Positions 11,373-24,867 of a DNA stretch of 64,000 nt are shown piece after piece. Made by a program: the position numbers and the translations under genes. How positions within the stretch are numbered: the first letter of the stretch is position 1; every line of letters starts with the position of its first letter. This DNA comes from Convolutriloba macropyga (taxonomy: Eukaryota), in contig NC_134475.1 of the NCBI RefSeq assembly GCF_964194025.1, positions 19,096,001-19,160,000 of the forward strand, read 5' to 3'. Under the pieces are notes generated by a model. It was not told the origin of the DNA. It did no database searches and was given only the letters and a program-made list of their open reading frames with translations.

Positions 11373-12878
11373 AGACAATTATGCCAAAATTGTGGATGAG
11401 CGGGGTCGGAACTTTATGTGCCATCGCACTATACCGAGCCGCCTTGTTGAAGTATATGAGTGCATACTAAACTTCTCTCTCTGTCACCCTTTTCAGCAGC
11501 TCAATTCAATTTGCGGTAGTGATCCATTAAAAGTCCAATGAAAGGAACCCGAAAGTTGTTTTCGTTTTTGAATGGCTCTCAGGCAAAATTTGTTGCAATT
11601 ATTTGAGTCTCACTGGTCCTGTATAATGCAAATTCTTTCTTTGACTGTTTCTTTGCCTAAAGCTTTGACTATTCGAGTGTCCTTTTGCGCTTTTGTTCTT
11701 GATTTTTATGTGATCTAAATTGCTCCCATTCAGAGTTTAATGTGCTTACTTCGACAGTTGACTACTAAAAGTCAAATCAAGATTGCGCCAACATTTGTTT
11801 GAATATAATTTTTAGCTGTGGTCTGTATGTAATAGGCTCTAGTGCCGTCATTTCAATTCCTTTTTTGACTTTATATCACACTCATGGTTAAATGCAAATG
11901 TTATCCCGCCGGTTGTCTTAGAGCAATTTGAGCAATTCTGTTTCACATTTTTATGCCAGCCGCACTTTGTTCAGAATTTTTTTGACTTTTTTGATGGCAT
12001 CGTTTCAAGAAATTCTTATTTTAAAAAGTAAGAGATAATTTTTGTCCTATTTCAGCCCCCCATTTTGACTATTTTTGGCATACTTTGGCGATTTTCAGAA
12101 ATTTTGTTTTTTAATTAATTTTCCAAGATGGACTACTTCTATGAGATATCATTTTACTGTTAATTTTATTTTAATCTTATTTTAATTGTTGATATGTTGT
12201 TTGACGGTTTTTTAAAAATGATCTTTATGCTACCGTAATATTTTCGGGCTAGTTAAAAAAAAATGAGGGTATCACAGAACCAATTGTCTTATTTCATTTC
12301 AATGCTTTCTCTGAGCATACAATTGAACAATCATTATTTCCTTAAGAGTTGCAGTTTCTGAAAAATAATTTATGATGAAATCTCCGACTAATTTGCAATT
12401 TTTTGAAACAAATTTTTTCTCATTTTTAACATACTTTCGGAATTTCAATTTATTTTTTCATTAATAAACGTTGTCTTAATGTTCTCGGCTTCCGAATTTG
12501 AGTTCACGAAGAAAAGAAATTTTAGTTTTTTTGAGAAATTTATAAGGAAACTTTTTTTTCCATATAGTAGACCAGTTTGGTTAATTAGCTAATTTTGGAT
12601 ATTTTGCTTCCTCAGTTAGTCATCCACTCTTTTGGATTTCTTAAATTTAGGGAATGAGATGCATATCAGCTCAAAGTTTCAAAATCCAGAAGAAAACTTT
12701 CATTCAGAATATTCAATTGGACAGCTTTGCGATATATGGCAGAAAAAAAGCGATATAAAGCAAAACAATTGTCTGTTTCGATTGAAATACATAACTTTGA
12801 AATACATAACTAGAGACAAAAGGTTAATGCTGGTTTTTTCAAATCAAATTACCAACTGTAAGCTCAACTTTGATTTTT

Positions 12879-13212
12879 AATTGCTCTTGAACGAAGTTCA
12901 TAGCAATTATTGTGAACGTGTTGGTCTTTTTGCAATTTTTTGCTTGACCTTTTATTCGCTTTTCTAGAACATTCTTTGACTTCTTTCGTTCTTCATTTTT
13001 GAGTGATCTCTATCTCTCTCACTCCGAAGTAAAGCTTGTTGCTAAGTTAAATTCGGTTGCAGCATAGCAACAAGAAAGGCCTGATGGCCTAGTGGGCAGT
13101 GCTTCTGGTTAGGGATCATGAGGTCCATGGTTTGAATCCCGGCGTGGTCAACTGTTTTTCCACCCGTCTGGCGTTCGAGAGCAATTCTTCCGACATTAGT
13201 CGGTTTATGTTT
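12879..13212 (+). mobile_element. HINE/DINE-1-like element containing a tRNA-like unit
   Basis: 5' AATTGCTCTTGAA with local IR (AGCAATT); 3' sub-terminal IR TTCGAGAGCAATT (13174-13186); stem-loop CCGAC-ATTA-GTCGG; TTTATGTTT. Confidence 0.6.
13078..13150 (+). pseudogene. tRNA-Pro(AGG)-like sequence (pseudo-tRNA / SINE-type head), copy 1
   Basis: A box TGGCCTAGTGG, B box GGTTTGAATCC, anticodon loop TTAGGGA, 73 nt, followed by a T5 run. Acceptor stem is imperfect. Confidence 0.6.
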
Positions 13213-15411
13213 CGTTATTGTCGAAAAGAAAAAGGCTAATAGTAGTCCATGTCCGTTTTGTTGATGACCATAAAAAAATTTGGCTGCAATTAAAACGCTT
13301 TTTAGTTTCTCATTTTGATGGATTAAAATAAACGTGATATATTTTTCTTAAATTTAATATAATTGACGAAAAAATATAATCGAAACTAAGTGATACTTTT
13401 TTATTGCTTAAAACTTCTTTGCTGTGCAGTTAAATGATTTTATGGTTTGTCAAGTTTATAACAGAACTGGCTTGGTTTTATCCTTTGGATATTTTTATGC
13501 AATTTGATCTAAATAATTGCATATTATCAGAGCTTGGTTTTCACAAAAGTCCTCCAATACTGTTAATAAAGTAACATCAGTAGCTTAAGTTGATTGTCGA
13601 AGCTCATTAGCAATTCAATTATTTTTTAATTGCTCTCAAACGAAGTTTGTAGCAATTATATTAGTCCTGTTGGTCTTTTTTGAGATTTTTTGCTTGACCA
13701 ATTTTTCGTCTGGCCCATTTGACGTGTCGTCCTTAAAACGGGATAAACAGGTAGCGGCCAGCAGGCTTCTAGTTTCATAGAGGCGCTCGGCGGAGTTTAG
13801 CGTTATCAAGTGCTTAGTGTTATAAAGCTACCGGGAAGGCCTTAGTTTAAGGTTAAAAGGTCGTTTTTAGATGTTTTTGAGCCCACAGTGTTGCAATTTT
13901 TGTGTATTTTGTCATTGTTCGAAGTTTTTGTTGGACCCAGTCTATAATTGAGGCTGGTTAAAGTTGTTAAAGGTCTTTTTGCAAGACATAAGTACTTTTT
14001 ATGACCGTTTTAAGAGCTATATGTTTTCGTAATCCAAACAAAAACGCAAATTTTACTAATTTTAACATTTTTTTCCAAGATTTTTGAAAGTTTTGTGATT
14101 TTTTCAGCCCTAGGTGTCAAGGAAACTCCTCTAATAGATTACTGCACGGTTTCTAGTGGAAATAGAATGTTTTTCAACATTTTATTGTCACGAATTCTAG
14201 CATTTTTTTCTGACAGAACTTGCAATTTTCATTTTTTTTGACATTTATTGTCATTATTCAAGTTTTTCCAGACACAGGGGCCAGAGGTTTAGACAATAAG
14301 GTTTAGACAATAAGTTACTGAAAAATTTTTAGTGGCTATGGAATAGTTTTCAACTTTTGAATATCACAAATTTCAGCAGTTTTTTAGATAAAACTTACAG
14401 TTTTCAGTTTTTGACATTTATTGTCATTCAGATTTTCTAGCCTCTGGGATAAAAAACCTCCCTTTAGGGTTTGAAATTAAGTTACTGAAAAGGTTTTATT
14501 TGCTATGGAGTAGTTTTCAACTTTGTATTATCACAAATTTCAGCAATTTTTTTGATAGTTTACAATTTTCTGTTTTTTCTGACATTTATTGTCATTATTC
14601 AGATTCTGCAGCCTCAAGGGTCAGAAAACCTCCTTTAGGGTTTGAAAAAAAGTTACTGGAAAATTTTTGTTGGCCATGGAATAGTTTTGAACGTTTTAAT
14701 ATCACGAATTTTTTGCTATTTTTTTTAGAAAACTTGCATTTTTTCAATTTTTTTTGTATGTTTTTGTAATTTTTTTTCATCCAGACTCAAGAGCCAAGGA
14801 ACCTCATCTAGTGTTTGATAATGGATTACTGCTTTGGTACTAGATGTAATCGAATGTTTTTCATGACTTTAATATCAGGAATTTAAGCAATTTCTTTAAA
14901 AAATATTTGCAATTTTTCCTAGTTTGAATATTTGATTTTTTTTTCGTTACTAGGGTCCCAGGGACCTCCTCCGTGGTTTGGTAATAATCTGCGCCATAGT
15001 TTTTGGAATCAAGGTAATGGTTATCAATATTTTAATGTCTCGAATTTTCAGCAATTTTATGATAAAACTTGCAATTTTTTATCAATTTTTCTGAGAATAT
15101 TTGTCATTTTTTAGGTTTCTCTGGCCTCGAGAGTCAAGGAACCTCCTCCAGGGTTTGACAATGGGTTACTGCGTAATTTTTTGATGTAATTGAAGCTTAT
15201 TTAATAGCAATTCAATAACCTGTAATCGAAGTTCATAGCAATTATTGTGAACGTGTTGGTCTTTTTCAATTTTTTGCTTGACCTTTTATGCGCTTTTCTA
15301 GAACATTCTTTGACTTCTTTCGTTCTTCATTTTTGAGTGATTTCTATCGCTCTCACTCCGAAGTAAAGCTTGTTGCTAAAATAAAGTCGGTTGCAGCATA
15401 GCAACAAGAAA

Positions 15412-15484
15412 GGCCTGATGGCCTAGTGGGCAGTGCTTCCGGTTAGGGATCATGAGGTCCATGGTTTGAATCCCGGCGTGGTCA
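15412..15484 (+). pseudogene. tRNA-Pro(AGG)-like sequence, copy 2
   Basis: Near-identical to 13078-13150, within the 2.3-kb tandem duplication. Confidence 0.6.
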
Positions 15485-17434
15485 ACTGTTTTTCCACCCG
15501 TCTGGCGTTCGAGAGCAATTCTTCCGACATTAGTCGGTTTATATTTCGTTATTGTCGAAAAGAAAAAGGCTAATAGTAGTCCATGTCCGTTTTGTTGATG
15601 GCCATACAAAAATTTGGCTGCAATTAAAACGCTTTTTAGTTTCTCATTTTGATGGATTAAAATAAACATGATATATTTTTCATAAATTTAATATAATTGA
15701 CGAAAAAATATAATCGAAACTAAGTGATACTTTTTTAGTGCTTAAAACTTCTTTGCCGTGCAGTTAAATGATTTTATGGTTTGTCAAGTTTATAACAGAA
15801 CTGGCTTGGTTTTATCCTTTGGATATTTTTATGCAATTTGATTTAAATGTTTGCATATTATCAGAGCTTGGTTTCCACAAAAGTCCTCCAATACTGTTAA
15901 TAAAGTAACATCAGTAGCTTAAGTTGATTGTCGAAGCTCATTAGCAATTCAATTATTTTTTAATTGCTCTCAAACGAAGTTTGTAGCAATTATATTAGTC
16001 CTGTTGGTCTTTTTTGAGATTTTTTGCTTGACCAATTTTTTGTCTGGCCCATTTGACGTGTCGTCCTTAAAACGGGATAAACAGGTAGCGGCCAGCAGGC
16101 TTTAAGTTTCATAGAGGCGCTCGGCCGAGTTTAGCAGTCCTTCAAGTGCTTAGTGTTATAAAGCTACCGGGAAGGCCTTAGTTTAAGGTTAAAAGGTCAT
16201 TTTTAGATGTTTTTGAGCCCACAGTGTTGCAATTTTTGTGTATTTTGTCATTGTTCGAAGTTTTTGTTGGACCCAGTCTATAATTGAGGCTGGTTAAAGT
16301 TGTTAAAGGTCTTTTTGCAAGACATAAGTACTTTTTATGACCGTTTTAAGAGCTATATGTTTTCGTAATCCAAACAAAAACGCAAATTTTACTAATTTTA
16401 ACATTTTTTTCCAATATTTTTGAAAGTTTTGTGATTTTTTCAGCCCTAGGTGTCAAGGAAACTCCTCTAATAGATTACTGCACGGTTTCTAGTGGAAATA
16501 GAATGTTTTTCAACATTTTATTGTCACGAATTTTAGCATTTTTTTCTGACAGAATTTGCAGTTTTCATTTTTTTTGACATTTATTGTCATTATTCAAGTT
16601 TTTCCAGACACAGGGGCCAGAGGTTTAGACAATAAGTTACTGAAAAATTTTTAGTGGCTATGGAATAGTTTTCAACTTTTAAATATCACAAATTTCAGCA
16701 GTTGTTTAGATAAAACTTACAATCTTCAGTTTTTGACATTTATTGTCATTCAGATTTTCTAGCCTCTGGGATAAAAAAACCTCCCTTTAGGGTTTGAAAT
16801 TAAGTTACTGAAAAGGTTTTATTTGCTATGGAGTAGTTTTCAACTTTTTATCACAAATTTCAGCAATTTTTTTGATAGTTTACAATTTTCTGTTTTTTCT
16901 GACATTTATTGTCATTATTCAGATTCTGCAGCCTCAAGGGCCTTTAGGGTTTGAAAAAAAGTTACTGGAAAATTTTTGTTTGCCATGGAATAGTTTTGAA
17001 CGTTTTAATATCACGAATTTTTTGCTATTTTTTTTTAGAAAACTTGCATTTTAATTTTTTTTGTATGTTTTTGTAATTTTTTTTCATCCAGCCTCAAGAG
17101 CCAAGGAACCTCATCTAGTGTATGATAATAGGTTACTGCTTTGGTTCTAGATGTAATCGAATGTTTTTCATGATTTTAATATCAGGAATTTAAGCAATTT
17201 CTTTAAAAAATATTTGCAATTTTTTCTAGTTTGAATATTTGATTTTTTTTCGTTACTAGAGTCAAGGAACCTCCTCCGGGGTTTGACAATGGGTTACTGC
17301 GTAATTTTTTGATGTAATGGAAGGTTATTTAAGATTTCATTAACACGAATTTAAGCATTTTTTTAATTAACACTGCTAGAAAACTAGAAGTTGCAGAGTC
17401 GAATCTCATCATGGAAAATATTCCTAGAGCTCTG

Positions 17435-17437
<3 letters not shown>

Positions 17438-17499
<62 letters not shown>

Positions 17500-17522
17500 T
17501 CCCCCTCTCTCCCCCTCTCTCT
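17438..17522. repeat. (TC)n microsatellite
   Basis: Direct sequence. Confidence 0.95.
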
Positions 17523-18279
17523 GTTGGCTGGGGTTTCTTTCCTTGTCTTTCTCGTTCACGTTTTATCTCTCGCACACTCTATCGGTCTTTCCTTGACTCT
17601 TTTATTGATGCCGCACTTAGCTGCTGTTATGTGGCGTTAATGGAGTCATCTTTTTCCCTCACCTCACGCCCATTCAATTAAGCTAAAGCTGGCCTTACTA
17701 AACCGTGGAGGTACTGACGAATCCAAACTACTGATAAAGTCAGAACAAAATAAATGGTCAAAACAAAATAAACAAACAAAATACTTCGGCATTAAAAAAC
17801 AGTGTAGAGTTTTGGCGATGTTACATAAATTAGAGCAATTTTGGTTTTGGAGACATAAAGTCCAACGGTCGAGGGATTGTATGTGAACACCCGTTCACAA
17901 TTTTGTTGTTCGTACAAAACTTGTTTTGTACAATTTTTTGGGGCCTTACAAATCTTTGTTTCTTTGGAGCAATATTGTGCTTCCCTGAAACAAGCGACTG
18001 TTAAGAGCAGTTATTGACAATTTTTTCTGAAAAAGATTGATTTTCCGAATTCAATTCTTTAATTTTGATCATGAGTTCTTCAACTTACATATGTTGACAA
18101 AATTTTCAACCATCCTATTGCTATATTCAGTAGTATGCTGCTTCTGGCTGAGGAAGAACTACGTTTTTTAGCGCTCTCTTTGAATTAAGTTTTTTCTCGT
18201 GTTTGTTAGCCAATTATTTTTGTCAGAAATGTTTTCGGCTGTTGTGTCTCAGGTTTAATATTGCATCTAGTCTTATAAA

Positions 18280-19525
18280 TATCGACCATGAATGTAAGTA
18301 TCTAGGATTGATAATTGATTCAAAGCTCTCCTACCACGCTCATATAAGTTCCGTAACTGAACGTCTTGGACGACAATGCGGTGTAATATCCAAATTAAAA
18401 CACTTTGTTCCGCGTTACCAATTGATTGAATACTATAGAAATGTGGTATGCCCCATTATCCAATATGGTGTTCTTGTTTACGGGTGTTGTAGCTTCTCAT
18501 CCCTTTCTCCGATTTATCAATTGCAAAAGAAAATAATCAAAGTAATATACTTCAGAAAACGTCATGATGATAATGAAGACTTGTTCACGGCTAATAAGAT
18601 ACTAACAGTGTTCGAATTGCATATCTATGAATTACTAAAATTCGTTTTGAAGTCATTAAATCATATGCATTCCGAGTATTATCTTAATACTATTTTTCAG
18701 ATCGAAAGTTGCACTCATTCAACTAGACGCGCTGATTTTATGCTGCTGAAAGTTCCATTATGCAAAACTAAATAAAGCGAAACTCGATTTGTCACCGAGC
18801 TTCCAAATTGTTTAATATGTTGAAAATACAATTTCTCATACCTAACTTTGTAGGAAATGCAACCATTAAGCAAGTCTCTGATATCTATCATAAGTTGAAG
18901 GACTCATATATACAAGGGAATTATGATCTCGTTCGAAATGTGTTTTTTGGATAATTTGTTACATCCCTGCAACTCTTGGTAATTCTTTGAAAATAGTTGA
19001 AAAGTATACGCAAAAATTTGTGCGGTGCCTTCGTAGAGGGCACCGCGATTCGATTTCTGCTGTCGAAAATCACTCTTTTCAATTTCTAAAGACAGTTTTT
19101 GTCACTTTTTCCTCCTTCATAGGACCATTTGACAAAACACGACAATTTTTTCTTTACAACCTTGCTCTCTGCTGTAAACAAGTTTCAATTCGATGTAGTT
19201 TAAGTACTTATCTCCGGGCTCTGGTGGAGCAATAAGTTCGAGCAGTTAAAAGTTTGCATAATAAGAAGTCGTTTACAAAATGGCAAGAATATTAATTTAA
19301 ATAAAAATTGAGTTTATTCACTCGACGTTTATATTACAGTGCACGCTGGAAAGTAGGTCTAAAGACCTCGTTGCGCGTCCTTTCCCAGCCTAAAATAATC
19401 TAGAATAAATTTTAATTGGATTGTTGGATACATTAAATGCATTTATTTTTTGATGTTTGATTGTGATTTATGTCGTGATTTGATTATCCTTCTTTGTACA
19501 TTTGATTTATAGGCCGGGATAAATT

Positions 19526-19585
<60 letters not shown>
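18280..19585 (+). mobile_element. 5'-truncated LINE (CR1/L2-group) ORF2 C-terminus plus 3' UTR ending in a (TC)n tail
   Basis: ECKYLGLIIDSKLSYHAHI...GVISKLKHFVP...YYRNVVCPIIQYGVLVYG...LQKKIIKVI...ILTVFELHIYELLKF. Terminates at AAATTAAC(TC)n. Confidence 0.8.
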
Positions 19586-21554
19586 GTTGTGCTTTTGCAA
19601 ACTTATAGAAATTGATTTGTCAAGTCGACCCCAGTTATCATAATTCGATTATCATTTTTTAAAAAAAACAGAAGCACGTGAATTTCGGACCCATGTAATT
19701 GGCAGACTCCAAAAGTCTGCGCGCTATATAAACTTTAGCGCGCATTTATCAGAGAAAAATTTATGCGTGCGCACCTACAACAAAATTAATTTGATATGTA
19801 ACAATAAAGGCAATATGTCGACGTGCATTCCAGCAGCCGTTGTAAATTTTTCTGTGTTTCCTGACATTAGGCGCGTATAGTTTCTTTACATGGCGAGCAA
19901 AGCTAAAACTTTCTGGCAATTCTTTCAACTTTTTTTGTTGGGTTTAGATTTTTGAATTGGAAGGCCTTTTAACTTTTAAAGGTTTTGTTACTGTATGGTA
20001 TTGGCATTCGGTAGTGTTATGAAGACAAACACTCCGCCTATAAAAAGTGCAAAACTAAATATTCCTAATTTTTGAATTGATTGTCTTATGTACGTTAATG
20101 TTGTAATATACGGTAAAGTTATATGTAATGTTGGGGTAAAATTTTCCACCTGCTGTTCACGAAACAGATTTTTAGGCTTTCATTCCGTTGGATATTTGAA
20201 TTTGTTAAAATTTTGAATTTGACAAAAGCGAAATGCAAAGACAGGAAGAACGATAATACGCGTCCGAAAACGTCGATGACGAAATCTTTTCAAAAACTTG
20301 ATTTGGAAATGGTTTCCATTACTGAAATTTGTCTTTAGCCCTACCTCGCAGCCAGTTTTTTCTCGGAGCCTGTTGTAACAAGTTTTTTGGTTGAATAAAT
20401 ACCTTGTCTTCATGAGTTTGAAAAGTCTCATTGTATTGAGCTTGATTGCCAGTGAATTGATTGGATGGCATTTTTTGACCTGTCCTTCAAATTTTTTTAT
20501 GTATTTCTTTGTGAGGAACATTTGGTCGCTCTCAAGAAGTTACTCTTTCTTTCGAGACTACTACCAACAACATTGAAAATCGCGTCTGACGTCATTTGCT
20601 ACTCCTTGTATAAGTTTTAAGGTCAATTGCGTGATAAATGGTTAACCCTAAATTGGATTCGAAAGTAAAGATCGAGGTGGAAATATTTTTTTTGCGTAGC
20701 ACGTATTTTGTGCTTGGTGTTAGAGATTTCTCTTCTCTTGAAAAGTCTCTTGGACTAATTCGAAAAAATCGGCAAACTATTGAAGAGGTTGATTATTACA
20801 AAAAAGGTGCGAATGGAAGCGCTTTCACCGCAAATTAGTTAAAATAACTTGTCATATACAGCACCAGCACTTCTCTAATAGTTTTGCAATCACGTCCTAA
20901 AAATGCACCTAGTGCATTTGTTTCATTCTCAATTTCGAATAAAGAGAGCTTCTCCTTTCGAGCGCAAGATTTTTCTGGTATACAAAGTGAGTCGCTTCCC
21001 AAATCGGTAAAATCGATTCTAGAGGAAAACAAAGCAATCATCTAAAAATGAAAATTGGGATTTTGGCGTTCTTCAAATTTCTACTTTGTTAAACGTCGAC
21101 AACCGCTCAACCGCTGTGATCATCTACACCACACAAGATATATCATCCGAAAAATTTAAACCGTTAAAAATTGAATAAATCCAAATGAAACAATTTTTGA
21201 AAATTATTCTAGGAGAGTATTCAATGATCAAAAACCTTTCTGTAAGATCGGAAATTGAAAATATAACAGCAGGTGAGCGGTCCAGTCACGACCAGTCTTT
21301 CGTTGGAATATATAAGCAGAGAAGACTCGGTCTTAAAGGAGTTCAAAGGTTCAACTCGAGTTTTTAGCGATTCACTGCAGTCTATCATTATCAGTAGATA
21401 TGCAAAATTCCATGTTGCCTTTGTTCTCTTTGAATTTTTTTGTTAGAATACAATCCACCAAAAATAAATTTCATTTTTATGAATGGTTGTATTAGGTCTT
21501 TGTTGCAGCTGAAAGAGATAGTTTGCATAAATGGAATTCCTTTGAAAGATCGAT

Positions 21555-22163
21555 ATGAATCATCAACAACAAGCCCAGATGATGAGAAACCGATCCATGG
21601 TGCCTCCAAATGCTGCTCAAGTTCCGCCAAATCAAAATATTTCAATTGCTAATATGCCACAGTATTACGATCAAAACCCACCCAATACAAATCAACTTCC
21701 GATGACTGCGTCAATGCAAACAAATCTCCAACCTGGTATGGGTCAGTACCAACAGCAGCCTGCAAATGTTAGCAATGTTCCACAAAGCCAATCATATTTA
21801 GGTGGTCAGTCCCAGCATCAGCAACAGTCTACTAATGTTCAAGGCCACCCTAATTCCTCGTCAAGTCTTGGTTCAAGTCAGAATACCACGTCTTCAAGTG
21901 GCAGTGATTCGAACGCAGCTAAAGCAACCGACGTTGTTAATAGATTGAAAGTTTTATCTGATCGACATTTGAAAGATTCCTTGAGCAAGTTGATGACGTG
22001 TTGTGTGATGGCTGTGAATAACCAAGGAGGGAGAGATAATGGTGCTACTGACGTCAGTTCTAGCACCAGTGGAAGTGTAGTGACTTCGTCCTCGGGTGGT
22101 GAAAAGGACCCCGCGAACGAATACAGCAACGTCGCTTTGGGCCAAGCTGCCGAAGAATGCATG
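21555..22163 (+). CDS. MED29: Mediator subunit 29 (Intersex)-like gene, exon 1
   Basis: Q/P/N-rich N-terminus, then DVVNRLKVL...LKDSLSKLMTCC...AAEECM, followed by donor ATG|GTGAGT (phase 0, 203 codons). Confidence 0.75.
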
Positions 22164-22552
22164 GTGAGTTTTAGTTTTTCCAGTAGTTAAAGTTTGATAA
22201 ATATAAGAAGGGTATCAGAGGGAATTATATCAGTATGTATATTGTTGTTATTAAGAAATATTCAGAAAAGATTTATATGGCGGAAACTGAGTGGATGAAT
22301 CCCTGGCAATTTAAGGTTTCTTTATTAGTAGCCCGAAAGCGATAGCGAAGCAATTGTTGCTCTTACCGTAAATTTTTTTTTCAAATGCAAAGAATTTGAA
22401 TTGTTTTGGGGAGCTGTCTTTTGAATCGAAGAGTATGCTTTCTACGGGTTTTTTTTTCAAACCGTAAGTACTACATTCAAGTGGCGTTTTGACCTTAAAA
22501 GCGAAAGTGAGTAAATTTATAGTGTGAACTAACATCTTCTGAGCTCGATAAC

Positions 22553-22917
22553 TGTGATATCCTTGGATATCAAGAAGTCCTAAAAAGGATTGTTTTGATG
22601 ATCATAGAGTTAATAAAGATTTGGTTGTTTTAAGTTACATTTCTTAACCGGTACATTTAAATTATACAAGTATATTTGTTGTTAAATTTACTATGCTGTA
22701 AACTATTGCACTCAATGCCCATATATGCTTTGTTGAATCCGGATAAATGTTTAATGAATATACATAACAAAGGTAACCTACTGAAAGCTATTATTTTATG
22801 AGAGAAAAAAGAATAAAGTCTTGAGAACAGTTGGTTGTTTTAACAGAAGAAAACCGTGATCCACCACTCCGAAGAGCCTTAGGAGCTCAGGCTGAAAGTT
22901 AAAACAAGATTATTAGA
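22553..22917 (+). repeat. 5' LTR
   Basis: Direct repeat of 38764-39129 with about 14 differences by eye (~96%). Starts TGT, contains AATAAA. Confidence 0.92.
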
Positions 22918-22935
22918 TGGTGACAGAAGGGAAAC
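22918..22935 (+). promoter_or_regulatory. Primer-binding site
   Basis: TGGTGACAGAAGGG immediately after the 5' LTR; resembles the complement of a tRNA-Leu 3' end (primer identity uncertain). Confidence 0.7.
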
Positions 22936-23615
22936 GGTTGATCTTACCTTCCATTGAAACTTTAAACTTCTGATCTTTTATTTGTCTTTATTTCGGCCAA
23001 AGTCAAATTGTCATCATCGCTTTCATCAGAGAGCTAAAAATCCATTTAAACTATTAACAAGCCATGCAAAACATGCAAATGAAATTTGCACTTCAGTCGT
23101 GTTAACTTTAGAAAATTAATTGTGAAAAATTTCGAAATAAAACTTGTTAGATAACTTGCAATTCGTATCATTGGTTAATGTGAAAAATCCTTATTGAGAA
23201 TTATTAAGAACGACTTCATTGAACGACTTAACAAAAAACACGGATCATCAGGAGACGACAGTTGGAGGAAGGTGCAGAACCAGAAGTCTCAACACAGAAT
23301 AACAACGGGATTTGGGCAGAACGGAAGAGAACAATAGGGTGAAAACTCCGAAGAGCTGAGAACTACAGAGAACAGTCAGACTTCAAAAACTAGTAAGTTT
23401 ACAAATGCAGTAAAACCAATTATCTCAGTGTAGTTTATACATGTCATCACGTGCTTTCACTTTCACTCTATCCTTCGCTAATCAGTTTGCTATCAGTGCT
23501 AACCCAGTCATCTTTTGAAACAATTAGAAAGGTTTTTCATAAGCTTATACAAAGAAAATACCTTCTCTCTCCTCCTTATTAGGGAAATGGTTAAACAAAA
23601 TCTAATTTAACAAAC

Positions 23616-24867
23616 ATGGCTCAAACGCATGGCTCAACCATATATCTCTCAGCTCATTCCCGGGCCTCGAAAGTGAAAATTGGCGCGAGTTTGAAGCTTT
23701 ATTGCGCAGTCTCATAGCAGTAACAGCAGTCCCTAATGATCAACAAGCAAATTTCTTGCTATTTCACTTAAAAGACGGAGCTCTTAGATTTTTTCTAACA
23801 CTAGCTGAAGCGACTCAAAACAACTTAGAAAATGCACTCACAGCACTACGAAATCAGTATTGTGACCCAAATTTAAGAGAAGTTCATGCAATAAAGTTAC
23901 AGAACTTTAAGTTTAATCCCGGAAAAACAACGCAAGAGGATCTTCTAGTACAGATTCAAACATGCGCACAGCAGGCTTACCCAGATCCTAATTTGCCAGT
24001 TGTAGCGTCAGCTGCAAATGACGCTGATAGGCCTAGGTTTGACAGAGAAACCGCTGTAAATGCGGAAAGGTTAGCAAGCGCAATCAGAAATAGAGAAAAT
24101 CAAATTAAAAGAGCATTTATAAGAGCAATGCCAAATTGGCTACGCCTAAAACTTTTTGAACTTCCCGATAAATGCGACACCGCAAGAAGCATGTAACGCA
24201 GCTCGGAAAAATTTAGTTTTGAAGGACCTTTGTCCCACAGATGAATGGTCACCAGGATCAGTTAGTGAAATTCAACAAGGAGTTTTTGAGAATTTAGTAA
24301 ATGCGCTCACAAAAATGGGCCAAGCACAAGATTAACTAGAGACTAAAATTTCGGAACTTACACGTAAATTTGATAATAGTCAAACCCGACAAGAAGGAAA
24401 CTCGCAGAAAAACATTACTCAAAACACAAGGTGGCGGAAATATATTTAAACCACGAAATTAGAATAACTCAGGTCAGCGTTCGTTTAGACCAAATAACAA
24501 TCAATGGCGCTACCAAAATTATCAACGAAATAGAAATAGACCAAAATTTCCAAGAAATAGGAACCTACAATGGCAATTACCATTCCAAACATCTCCCCAG
24601 CAATTCTATCAGAACTAATTTCCAGCACCAAATCAATATAATCAACAAACAAGTCAGAGCCAATTTTCTGAGCAAAACCCCCAGGTTTCCCAAACATTCC
24701 AGACAACAGATCAGAGTTTCCACTACCCATATGTGCAATCGGCACCAAAAATATGCTTCAAATGTGGATATCCCAACCACTTAGCAAAAGACTGTCAAAC
24801 TTCAAGTAACCAAAATGCTAATCAGTACAAATCTGAAACGTTACCGTTTCCGATGCAAAAAAACTAA
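23616..24867 (+). pseudogene. gag: gag (frameshifted) with CCHC zinc knuckle
   Basis: FLLFHLKDGALRFF...ALRNQY capsid-like region; CFKCGYPNHLAKDC at 24754-24795; ends with the slippery heptamer AAAAAAC then TAA. Confidence 0.85.

Larger units (their letters stand above)
7049..11449. mobile_element. 4.4-kb repeat-rich composite insertion, absent from the paralogous copy
   Basis: Copy 2 reads GAATTATTG|AAGTATATGAG contiguously (~59830-59850). In copy 1 these flanks are at 7048 and 11450. The block ends in a GC-rich imperfect hairpin (GCGGGGTCGG...CCGAGCCGC) then CTTGTT. Confidence 0.6.
12891..17330. repeat. Tandem duplication of a ~2.3-kb unit (about 12891-15200 and 15226-17330) with internal ~180-bp diverged subrepeats
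   Basis: GAAGTTCATAGCAATTATTGTGAACGTG at about 12893 and 15228 (offset ~2335), with continuous similarity downstream. Confidence 0.9.

Noticed and set aside
13078-13150. Functional tRNA-Pro gene
   Set aside because: Acceptor and T stems pair poorly and it sits inside a repeat; kept as pseudo-tRNA.
17329-17681. ER/SL-repeat ORFs
   Set aside because: Translations of the (TC)n microsatellite.
20180-21050. Possible minus-strand gene upstream of MED29
   Set aside because: Short interrupted ORFs with no recognisable motif or convincing splice structure.
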